From: a virus
Lineage: Duplodnaviria; Caudoviricetes
DNA length: 64,000 nt
Reading direction: 5' to 3' (one strand)
IMG/VR virus record: IMGVR_UViG_3300031867_000034
Coordinates: 15,798 to 79,797 of that record
The notes under the pieces were generated by a model. It had not been told where the DNA came from, ran no database searches, and was given only the letters and a program-made list of their open reading frames with translations. Position 1 is the stretch's first letter; each line of letters starts with the position of its first letter. Position numbers and translations under genes: made by a program. Of the stretch, positions 28,382-37,179 are shown one piece after another.

Positions 28382-30327
28382 TGTTCGAGAGGCTAAAAAG
28401 AATGATAAAAAAGAACATAGAAACACCTAAAGACGTATCAATGTGGGCTAAAAGGCTTGAATTTGCTAAAAATCAGTATAATAGCGAACTTAAGAACATG
28501 AAAACCTATGAAAAGTACTATGAAGGTACCAGGGATGTTCAGCCGGACGCTAATAGGGGTATTACACCAAGCAAAAAAGCCACAAATGTACGTAATATTG
28601 TGTATGAGCTGATTGAATCTCAGGTTGACTCTTCAATTCCTATGCCAAAGATTAGGGCCATTCACCCTGAAGATGATGAACTTGCCAAGAAAATGGAAAA
28701 ATTTCTTGAAAACAAGGTAAAAACATGTGGTCTTACACTTGTAAATGATGCTCAGGAAAGAACAGTACCTATTATTGGTGGTGATTTCATGAGAGTTGAG
28801 TGGGATCAGAGAAGAGGTTTACATTCAGAAATTGGAGATTTAAAGATAACAGAGCTTCATCCTAAGAAAATAATTCCACAGGTCGGAGTTATTGATTTTG
28901 ATGAAATGGATTACTTCTTTATTCAGGAACTAATGACAAAGAAAACTGTAAAAAGAGTTTATGGTGAGGATGTTTCTGATTGTGAGAATGATTATCCTGA
29001 TATGACAGAGGACCTTGAAGGTGCTTCTACAAATGAAGATCTTGTAACTGTAAATACCGCATTCTACCGCAATGATGATGGTGGAGTCGGTATTTTTGTT
29101 TGGTGTGATTATGTAAAACTTCTTGATCTTGATGAATATGAGGCCAGATATCTTGATAGATGTGCTAAATGTGGCGCAGTTATGGTTAATGGTGTCTGTC
29201 CAGAATGTGGATCTAAGAAAGCCAAGAAATCTAAAGAGGATTATGAAGAACTGGTTGATGCTATTGAAGTCACTGTAACAGATGGTACAAAGCGTCAGAT
29301 TCCGGCTGTAGATATTACTCAGGAGCCTATGATAGATGAAATGGGAAATCCTGTTCTTAATGAATTTGGACAGCCTCAGATGAAGGTGGAACATACTAAA
29401 AAGAAGATACCATATTATAGACCTAACATTTATCCGGTCGTTCTTAGAAAAAATATCACTGCTCAGAATAAATTTGTTGGTGGTAGTGACGTAGCTGTTG
29501 TAATAGATCAGCAAGATACTATTAAAAAGCTTGGAACAAAGATAAATGAAAAGTTGCTAAAAGGTGGCTCCTATATAACTCTTCCTGAAGGAATAGAAAT
29601 AGAAAAAGATGGAGAAGAGCTAAATATTATCCGCTTAAGAAATCCAGCAGATAAATCTATGATAGATACGCTTACTCTTCAGCCTAATGTGCAGAACGAC
29701 CAAAACTATTTGGAAATCAATTATTCCTGGGCGAAGTCCTCACTTGGAATTACAGATGCTTTCCAGGGTAAATATGATGCTTCTGCAAGATCTGGTACTG
29801 CTAAGCAGTATTCAATCAATCAGGCTGCCGGACGTTTGGATTCTAAGAGAACACTTAAAAATGAAGCTTATGCAAAGCTTTATGAGGTTATGTTTAAGTT
29901 TTGGCTGGCCTTTTCTGATAGTCCTTCTGAGATTACAAGTGTTAATTCTGAAGGAACTGCAGAACATGAGACACTTGATAGAAAAGAGTTTTTAAGGCTT
30001 GACAGTGCCGGTGAATTTTACTGGAATGATGAATTTATATTCGAGACTGATCCTACATCAACACTTATGCAGAATAGAGAAGCTATGTGGAATCAGACAG
30101 ATATGAAATTACAGTCCGGTGCTTTTGGTCCTGTTGGTGATCTTGAAACAGCTAGAGCATATTGGACTATCATGAAGGCTAATGGTTATCCAAGTGCATC
30201 TGTTGTTTTGAATATTATAGAAGAAAGAATACAGAAACAACAGGAACAGGCTGCACAGATGGAAGCATTATCGGCTCAGCCTATGCCGGAGGAAGGAGGC
30301 TTGCAAGGTGAAATGCCCCTTATGTAA
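28381..30327 (+). CDS. Portal protein (podovirus-type) with Zn-ribbon insertion
   Basis: Follows terL with a TAATG overlap. 648 aa. Contains CAKCG…CPECG. Confidence 0.8.
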   Translation: MFERLKRMIKKNIETPKDVSMWAKRLEFAKNQYNSELKNMKTYEKYYEGTRDVQPDANRGITPSKKATNVRNIVYELIESQVDSSIPMPKIRAIHPEDDELAKKMEKFLENKVKTCGLTLVNDAQERTVPIIGGDFMRVEWDQRRGLHSEIGDLKITELHPKKIIPQVGVIDFDEMDYFFIQELMTKKTVKRVYGEDVSDCENDYPDMTEDLEGASTNEDLVTVNTAFYRNDDGGVGIFVWCDYVKLLDLDEYEARYLDRCAKCGAVMVNGVCPECGSKKAKKSKEDYEELVDAIEVTVTDGTKRQIPAVDITQEPMIDEMGNPVLNEFGQPQMKVEHTKKKIPYYRPNIYPVVLRKNITAQNKFVGGSDVAVVIDQQDTIKKLGTKINEKLLKGGSYITLPEGIEIEKDGEELNIIRLRNPADKSMIDTLTLQPNVQNDQNYLEINYSWAKSSLGITDAFQGKYDASARSGTAKQYSINQAAGRLDSKRTLKNEAYAKLYEVMFKFWLAFSDSPSEITSVNSEGTAEHETLDRKEFLRLDSAGEFYWNDEFIFETDPTSTLMQNREAMWNQTDMKLQSGAFGPVGDLETARAYWTIMKANGYPSASVVLNIIEERIQKQQEQAAQMEALSAQPMPEEGGLQGEMPLM

Positions 30328-30511
30328 TTCTGAAATGAGAATAAAAGCTACCGACTATGTTATGAATGAAGGAAAGCTTTTTACTAAGCAGATTCTTACA
30401 TGTCGAAAAAAGGATTGTCCTAACAGTGGTAAAGATGTGAAGACAATCTACACACCTATGATAGTCTCTGAAGACGCTGAGGCTAAAGAAGAGGTTACTG
30501 CATCCGAATAG
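30308..30511 (+). CDS. Small Zn-ribbon protein
   Basis: MKCPLC…CRKKDC. Confidence 0.6.
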   Translation: MKCPLCNSEMRIKATDYVMNEGKLFTKQILTCRKKDCPNSGKDVKTIYTPMIVSEDAEAKEEVTASE

Positions 30512-30578
30512 GGTGCTTTTTTTATACCTAAAATTCGCAGTGAATAGCGTAAAAATCCAAAAAAGAAAGGAATTGAAT

Positions 30579-31448
30579 ATGAAAGAAAAAGACCTTTTAG
30601 CTATGAATCTTCAGTTTTTTGCTGAAGGTGATGAAGCTGAGGCAGAAGGCGCAAACGAGACTGAAGCCGCCGATCAGTCACAGGAAACCGCTGAAGGTAC
30701 TGAGACTGTTTCAAATGAAGGCGAACAGACTGAGGAAGCCGCCGAACCTCAAACACAGTCACCAGAAACCAACGCAGCGTTCGCAAATATGCGTAGACAG
30801 ATGGAAGCAGCTAATAGAAGACTTGCTGACATTGATGCTATGTATGCGCAACAGTTCGGACAGTATACAAATCCTGAAACCGGACAGCCAATCAGGAGCG
30901 CAAAGGACTATATGGATGCTATGGCAGCCCAGCAGAGAGTACAGGCAAGGGAACAGCTTAAAGCAAACAATATTGATCCTTCCTTGATTGACAACATGAT
31001 TGCTAATTCGCCAGCCGTAAGACAGGCAGAAGCAGCAACAGCAGAACTAAATGGAATAAGGGCACAACAGATGATTGAGGCAGACTATATAGAAGTTTTA
31101 AAGTTTGATCCTTCATTGTCAAGCAAAGAGGACATTTTAAATGATCCTTCTTATGTGAGTGTAGTTGATTATGTTCGTACACATCCTGGAATGAGATTTA
31201 GTGATGCTTATAAACTTGTAAACTTTGACAGGCTTTCAAATTCTAAGAGTGAAGCGGCTAAACAGTCAGCTATAAATCAGGTAAAAAGCAAGAATCACCT
31301 TGCGACAGGTGCCGCACTTAATGTTGGCACAGCTCCGGAGGATATTCCGGCTAATATGTTGGAAACCTTTAAAGAGAGATTTCCTGAAAAGAGTGATAAA
31401 GAATTGAAAGCCCTATACAACCAGGTGATTAAATCACAGAAAGGGTAA
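30579..31448 (+). CDS. Capsid scaffolding protein
   Basis: MNLQFFAE motif (Prp-protease-type site), acidic N-terminus, position before the capsid gene. Confidence 0.8.
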   Translation: MKEKDLLAMNLQFFAEGDEAEAEGANETEAADQSQETAEGTETVSNEGEQTEEAAEPQTQSPETNAAFANMRRQMEAANRRLADIDAMYAQQFGQYTNPETGQPIRSAKDYMDAMAAQQRVQAREQLKANNIDPSLIDNMIANSPAVRQAEAATAELNGIRAQQMIEADYIEVLKFDPSLSSKEDILNDPSYVSVVDYVRTHPGMRFSDAYKLVNFDRLSNSKSEAAKQSAINQVKSKNHLATGAALNVGTAPEDIPANMLETFKERFPEKSDKELKALYNQVIKSQKG

Positions 31449-31451
31449 ATT

Positions 31452-32477
31452 ATGGCAGTTACAGTTAGAGATAATACAAAGAATGGCGATCAGTGGAATG
31501 AGTGGGCAACCATCCTTGATGCTAAGATTTATGATGCTGATGCACAGCAGAACAAGTATGATGACCTTGTAAAAGATATTGTAGTAGAAAAGAAGTCTAA
31601 GAGATGGGGCGAGAAGTCCACAGTAATGGGCGGTCTTGGAGATTACGATATCAAGGACGAAGGTCAGGACGCAGCAGAGGACAGCTACGCAGAGGGCTAC
31701 GCAAAATTTATTGCGCACAATACCTTCTCAAAGAGCGTAGTTATCTCAAAGGAAATGAGAGACGATAATCAGTGGGATGAAGCAGAACAGAAGGTTGTTA
31801 ATCTTGTTCAGGCTTCTAAGAGAACAAGAGCTAAGTTCGTTACTGCTGCACTTGCTGCTTCAATCGGATCAACAACTACAATGACTTTTGGTGGAAAATC
31901 AGGACTTGACATTGCTTGCGCTGATGCACTTGCACTTTTCAATTCTGCACATCCTCTTAAGAACGCTGGACAGGGCGTTACACAGGGTAATCATTTCTCA
32001 AATGTACTCGGCAGCAACACTGTTGTTCTTAACAAGGTTGCTAACGCTATGAGAAACTTCAAGGATGATCGTGGAGAGGTTCTTGGTTTCACAGCAGATA
32101 CTATTATCTGCCCTGGTAATGATCCAGAGTATGAGGATTTCATTAAGAGAGTAATCGGATCTGACGGTGAAGTTGGTTCAAACAACAACGATATCAACAC
32201 ACAGAGAGGCCGCTGGAAACTCATTGTAAATCCTCTTTGGACACCTACAATCAGTGCAACCAATCATCCTCTTATTATCATGTCAAGCGAAGCTCTTAAG
32301 GAACTTCAGGGAACAAAGCTTTATAGCCGTACTCCACTTGATGTTGAGAACGAGGTTAAGGTTGAGTCCAGAAACATGGTATACAACGGATTTGAGAGAT
32401 ATTCTCTTGCATTCACAAACTGGCGCCATGTTGCACTTATCGGATCATCTGATGCTGATGCTCAGGCTCTTGCTTGA
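31452..32477 (+). CDS. Major capsid protein (HK97 fold)
   Basis: 341 aa after the scaffold gene. DALALFNSAHPL and GFERYSLAFTNWRHV are typical of Mu-gpT-like capsid proteins. Confidence 0.85.
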   Translation: MAVTVRDNTKNGDQWNEWATILDAKIYDADAQQNKYDDLVKDIVVEKKSKRWGEKSTVMGGLGDYDIKDEGQDAAEDSYAEGYAKFIAHNTFSKSVVISKEMRDDNQWDEAEQKVVNLVQASKRTRAKFVTAALAASIGSTTTMTFGGKSGLDIACADALALFNSAHPLKNAGQGVTQGNHFSNVLGSNTVVLNKVANAMRNFKDDRGEVLGFTADTIICPGNDPEYEDFIKRVIGSDGEVGSNNNDINTQRGRWKLIVNPLWTPTISATNHPLIIMSSEALKELQGTKLYSRTPLDVENEVKVESRNMVYNGFERYSLAFTNWRHVALIGSSDADAQALA

Positions 32478-32494
32478 TCTGTAAGAAATGTTTA

Positions 32495-32524
32495 GGGGCC
32501 GGATTAAATTCCGGCTCCTTTATT
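32495..32524 (+). terminator. Intrinsic terminator after the capsid gene
   Basis: GGGGCCGGA-TTAAAT-TCCGGCTCC followed by TTTATT. Confidence 0.7.
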
Positions 32525-32539
32525 AATAGGAGAAAAGAC

Positions 32540-32701
32540 ATGTTAAAAGTTGGAGATAGGCTAACAGTTGATGGACAGCTCGTAGAAGTTACCTATGTAA
32601 TGAATGAGAAGTCTTATGGTTATAAGCCTGTTAAGGAAGAAAAAACTGTTGAAACTGAGACAGAGGAAATAGCTCCCAAAAGGAGAAAAAGAAAGGTATA
32701 A
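32540..32701 (+). CDS. Small structural/accessory protein
   Basis: RBS AGGAG. Basic C-terminus. Confidence 0.55.
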   Translation: MLKVGDRLTVDGQLVEVTYVMNEKSYGYKPVKEEKTVETETEEIAPKRRKRKV

Positions 32702-32704
32702 AGC

Positions 32705-33673
32705 ATGACTACCTGGTTTGATATAAAGTTTACAACTTTACAGAAAATGTTTTCCATTACAGGATCACAGAAAACTATTCCTAATGATTCTGCGACAATG
32801 GAATATGTTAATGCTATGCCACAGGCATGTAATGAGGCGCTTCAGCTTCTTTCTACTTCTGGAAAATTCATCATAAAGGAATACCAATATGTGAATTATC
32901 CTTTTGAGAACATGCTTGGTAAGGATATGTTTCTGACATACTCCATAGTAAATGATTATAAAATCTTTTCAGTTGATGGGGCTAAGGCATATTATTTTAA
33001 GATATTCGGTAAACCTACTTCCTGTAAGCTTTATGTCGGTGATAAAGAGGTTATAAACTTCTATCCTGAAGACAATACGATTGATTCTAAAGTCTTTACT
33101 ACATTCAAGGGTAACATTACTTATCCTGCTTGGGGAGAAGATGAAGAGGAAAGCACCATTGTTAAGATTGTGATAGAGGCTAAAACCCCTGTTAATGTGA
33201 CAAATATGTGCTTTTATGACTGCGAGTTTGAGTCTGATAATGACGTACCACAGTATGAAAAGTATATCAAGATAAAGATGGATGATGTTCTGTCAGACTT
33301 CTACCAGCTTGCACCGGCTGAGTTATATGATCTTGGCATGTCTGGTGATGATTATATTGTGGCTAATAAATATTTTCAGGAAGCAGACAAGACGCTTGTT
33401 ATTCCTAGAAGTGAACAGGGAATATTTATTATTCACTATAGAGCATATCCACAGCAGATTACTTTAGAGACACCTGATGATGAAGAATTATCACTTGATC
33501 CGGAAGTCGCTGCATTACTTCCTTTATATATGGCTTCACAGCTATATAAAGATGATGATAACGCTATAGCTACAATTTACAGAAATGAATTTGAGGTAGG
33601 GCGTGACGCATTATCGCAAGGGGCATTGATACCTAAAAAAGAAAAATTTGTAACGTCTAGTGGGTGGGCATAA
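32705..33673 (+). CDS. Head-tail adaptor-like protein
   Basis: Position after capsid. C-terminal LLPLYMASQLYKDDD.A.ATIYRNEFE motif. Confidence 0.6.
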   Translation: MTTWFDIKFTTLQKMFSITGSQKTIPNDSATMEYVNAMPQACNEALQLLSTSGKFIIKEYQYVNYPFENMLGKDMFLTYSIVNDYKIFSVDGAKAYYFKIFGKPTSCKLYVGDKEVINFYPEDNTIDSKVFTTFKGNITYPAWGEDEEESTIVKIVIEAKTPVNVTNMCFYDCEFESDNDVPQYEKYIKIKMDDVLSDFYQLAPAELYDLGMSGDDYIVANKYFQEADKTLVIPRSEQGIFIIHYRAYPQQITLETPDDEELSLDPEVAALLPLYMASQLYKDDDNAIATIYRNEFEVGRDALSQGALIPKKEKFVTSSGWA

Positions 33674-35670
33674 TGGCTATTACATTTAATATTCCTTCAA
33701 GTCCAGCTAAACAAGTTTATCAAAGTGAGAATTTTCTTGGAGCAGATTTTACTTCTGAAGCTTCTACTGTAGATGATACTAAATCACCTAATGTAGAAAA
33801 CATGATAAGATCTGTTCCAGGCAAAATCCGGAAAAGGATGGGCTATAAGCTGTTTGCTGATTATGGCGAATGTATCTATGGTGTTCACCATCTTTCAACA
33901 ACAGATGTATGGCTTATTCATGCTGGTAATAAACTTTATAATTTGACAGCGCCAAAAGGTTCTAAGTGGATAGATCATGTGAACAACTATATTGTGGATC
34001 ATGATACACCACCAAACAATATCCTTTTTCAGACTGGTGATGTAAGCATTACTCTTGTTTATACCGGAATGGCTGAGCATAGATCTGTTAGTTTTCAGCT
34101 TAATCAGAAATTGGTTATCCTTGATGGAACAAAGATAAGAGTATATGACGGAAGTACTGTTCAGCCTATAGAAGATATTGCTTATATTCCTACACTTACT
34201 ATTGCTAAGGATTATACTGGTGGTGGTACGGATTATGAGCCGCTTAATCTTTTGCAACCAGCATTTATAGAACTGTTCTATGTTAAAAGCGATCAGGCCA
34301 GTGTTAAGACGTTTCAATTATCATTTGGCGATCTTGACTCTACAACAGTAAAAGCATGGCTTCTAGATAGTAATGGTAATTGGGTTGAAAAGACAGAAGG
34401 TACACATTTTAGTGTTAATAGATCAACAGGAGTTGTTACCTTTACCGCTGCGCCAGGGGCAAGTCCTATAACCGGTGAAGATAATGTAAAAATACAGGCT
34501 TATCGTACTGTTAGTGGTTATGCTGACAGAATAAACCATTGTACTATTGGTGCTATGTTCGGTGTTAATGGTGCTGGTGATAGGCTGTTTGTATCAGGTA
34601 ATCCGGATCAGGGTGTTAATTCTGATGGTGACTTATATACCTTTATCAATTGTGACTGGTGGAGTCAGCAATATGATCCTACTTATTTTGCTGATGTGTG
34701 GTATTCAAAACTTGGTTCAGATACTTCCGCAATTATGGGATATTCAATCATAAACAACTACCTTGCAGCACATAAAGATAGTAATGAGCTTACACAGTCA
34801 ATACTTATTCGTGAAGGCGATCTTGTAGATGATGAACCAGTATTCAAGTTAATAAATACTCTTCAGGGAGCCGGAGCTATTTCTAAGTATTGTTTTTCAT
34901 ACTTGGCAACAGAGCCGGTTTTTTTGACTCGATTAGGAATATTTGCTGTTACTGCACAGGATATAACCGGTGAAAAATATGCACAGGACAGAAGCTATTA
35001 TCTTGAAGGAAAACTTTTGAAAGAGGACAACTTAGAGAATGCTATAGCTTATTCCTGGAAAGATTATTATATGTTGGCAATAAACGATCATTTATATATT
35101 CTTGATGGTTTGCAGCCAATACATACAGATAGATCTAGGCCATATGCTACTAGACAGTACGTAGGATTTTACTTTACAAATATTCCAGCTAATACAATCT
35201 TTGAAATCAATGGAGATTTATACTTTGGATCTTCTGATGGAAAAGTATTTAAGTGGTATACGGATGATAAAGCCTTGGATTCCTACAATGATAATGGTGA
35301 AGCAATAAGAGCCGTATGGGAAACAGCAGATATATCAGAAAAGTTATTTTATAAGAAGAAAACCTATAGATATGTAGCTTTAAGATGTATGCCAGAGATT
35401 GCTTCTTCTGTTCAGATATGGGCGCAGAAGGAAGGTCAATGGACAGAGCTTAAGGATGATAAGTCAACTCTTAAGTATTTCTCTTATGAAAACTTACAGT
35501 ATTCCAAGTTGACATATTCCTGTAATAGAACTCAAAAAGTTACAGCTACAAAGATAAGGCTTAAGAAACTGGACCATGTGAGATTTAGATTTATAAATGA
35601 TCTGTTGAATGAGCCTTTAGGCATAAATGATTTTGCTGTTGAATACACACAGGCCGGAAATGTTAGATAA
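33673..35670 (+). CDS. Tail nozzle/stabilisation protein (P22 gp10-like)
   Basis: ~665-aa beta-rich protein at the podoviral nozzle position. No tape-measure gene in this segment. Confidence 0.6.
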   Translation: MAITFNIPSSPAKQVYQSENFLGADFTSEASTVDDTKSPNVENMIRSVPGKIRKRMGYKLFADYGECIYGVHHLSTTDVWLIHAGNKLYNLTAPKGSKWIDHVNNYIVDHDTPPNNILFQTGDVSITLVYTGMAEHRSVSFQLNQKLVILDGTKIRVYDGSTVQPIEDIAYIPTLTIAKDYTGGGTDYEPLNLLQPAFIELFYVKSDQASVKTFQLSFGDLDSTTVKAWLLDSNGNWVEKTEGTHFSVNRSTGVVTFTAAPGASPITGEDNVKIQAYRTVSGYADRINHCTIGAMFGVNGAGDRLFVSGNPDQGVNSDGDLYTFINCDWWSQQYDPTYFADVWYSKLGSDTSAIMGYSIINNYLAAHKDSNELTQSILIREGDLVDDEPVFKLINTLQGAGAISKYCFSYLATEPVFLTRLGIFAVTAQDITGEKYAQDRSYYLEGKLLKEDNLENAIAYSWKDYYMLAINDHLYILDGLQPIHTDRSRPYATRQYVGFYFTNIPANTIFEINGDLYFGSSDGKVFKWYTDDKALDSYNDNGEAIRAVWETADISEKLFYKKKTYRYVALRCMPEIASSVQIWAQKEGQWTELKDDKSTLKYFSYENLQYSKLTYSCNRTQKVTATKIRLKKLDHVRFRFINDLLNEPLGINDFAVEYTQAGNVR

Positions 35671-35682
35671 TGGAGGTATAAG

Positions 35683-36282
35683 ATGGCTTTTGAAAAAATA
35701 AAGGATTCTGAGAGAACTGGAAAAGGTAATGTTGGACTTCCAGATACACCGGCGCTTACAACCTCAGAAATGCAAGAACAGATGGATTCACTACCAAATC
35801 TTGCACTTGATAAATTAAATGAACTTATTGACGCTTTGAATGTAGAAACAGCGGCAGTTAATATTGGGGCTTCTGTCCCTACAGGAATTAGCGCTCAACC
35901 TAACATACAGTCTATTTTAAATGCTATGGTACTAAATTTAGCGTTGAATACTCAGAGTAGACATACTCATGCTAATAAATCTGCATTGGATAGTATTACA
36001 CAGGAAGCGCTTGATGATTATAACAGATTATCTATGCTGCTTACTGCAATACTTTCAGTAGAAACAACTATTACAAAAAATAATACTGCTGTTCCTACTT
36101 CCGGTGCAGTGGTGGATTTTGTAGATACTTATGATTTCAAAGCGAAAATATTAGCTACTGCTTATCCTGTAGGTTGCGTGTTTAGTACTACAGGGACAAG
36201 TCCAACAACATTATTTGGTGGAACATGGAACCTTGTAGATACAGACGATCAAGGAATTAAAAGATATGTTCGTACAGCTTAA
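35683..36282 (+). CDS. Tail-associated protein
   Basis: C-terminal AYPVGCVF…SPTTLFGGTW fibre-type motif. Confidence 0.55.
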   Translation: MAFEKIKDSERTGKGNVGLPDTPALTTSEMQEQMDSLPNLALDKLNELIDALNVETAAVNIGASVPTGISAQPNIQSILNAMVLNLALNTQSRHTHANKSALDSITQEALDDYNRLSMLLTAILSVETTITKNNTAVPTSGAVVDFVDTYDFKAKILATAYPVGCVFSTTGTSPTTLFGGTWNLVDTDDQGIKRYVRTA

Positions 36283-36293
36283 GGAGGTACAAA

Positions 36294-37178
36294 ATGTCTG
36301 ATATTGCGATTAGCTCATTACCAACGATAACTACTGTAGGAGATAATTATTATATTCCAGTAGATGATGGTTCGACTTCTAGTAAAATAACAGTCAAAAA
36401 ATTCAATGAAACAGGGGCAAGTTCAGCGGCACAGTCAGCGGCTGCAGCGGCTCAATCTGCTTCAGATGCAGATGATGCTAAGGTTGCTGCTGTTCAGGCT
36501 AAAAATGATACACAGGCACTTATTAGTTCTGCTCAGACTATTGTTTCTGATGCTCAGACATATGCAAATAGCGCTTCTAGTAGTGCTAATACAGCAACTA
36601 CAGGAGCAAATACAGCTACAGCACAGGCAGCTATAGCAACACAGGCAGCTACACAGGCTGGTACTTATGCTCAGAACGTTGATAGTTTTGCTAAGACAGC
36701 TAAATCATGGGCTGTCGGAGGGACCGGCACAAGACAGCAAGAGGACACGGATAATTCGCAGTATTACTCACGGCAAGCTCATAACGCAGAAATAAATGCT
36801 TCTGCTAGTGAACAGGCGGCAGCTACTTCCGAAAGTAACGCAGCGACTTATGCTTCAAGCGCTGGTACTTCAGAGAATAATGCAAGTAGTTATAAGGACG
36901 CAGCAGCTAATAGCGCAGCAGCGGCAGCCGGATATGCTTCTAATGCAAACACTTCAAGAGGAATAGCGCAGAACTCAGCCAATGACGCAGCAAGCGCTAA
37001 AACAGATGCAGAACAGGCAGCCTTAGATGCACAGAACGCTTTAGCAAGTATAAATGCAATTATTGGCGATCCGCAATTTACAGTGGATTTCAACACTGGA
37101 TTGTTAATGTATAACTCAAATACATTTACATTCCTGATAAACACAACAACAGGCAACTTAGAATGGGAGGTAGCTTAA
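36294..37178 (+). CDS. Ala/Ser-rich coiled-coil tail fibre protein
   Basis: SAAAAAQSA-type repeats. AKSWAVGGTGTRQQEDTDNSQYY motif also present in the segment A fibre. Confidence 0.65.
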   Translation: MSDIAISSLPTITTVGDNYYIPVDDGSTSSKITVKKFNETGASSAAQSAAAAAQSASDADDAKVAAVQAKNDTQALISSAQTIVSDAQTYANSASSSANTATTGANTATAQAAIATQAATQAGTYAQNVDSFAKTAKSWAVGGTGTRQQEDTDNSQYYSRQAHNAEINASASEQAAATSESNAATYASSAGTSENNASSYKDAAANSAAAAAGYASNANTSRGIAQNSANDAASAKTDAEQAALDAQNALASINAIIGDPQFTVDFNTGLLMYNSNTFTFLINTTTGNLEWEVA

Positions 37179-37179
37179 A

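Noticed and set aside
26879-32477. Introns or inteins in terL, portal or capsid
   Set aside because: Lengths are ordinary, frames are continuous and no splice-junction motifs are seen. Both HNH genes are free-standing.
36400-37070. CRISPR array or tandem DNA repeat
   Set aside because: The repetitiveness comes from Ala/Ser-rich coding sequence. There are no constant repeats with unique spacers and no cas genes in the window.
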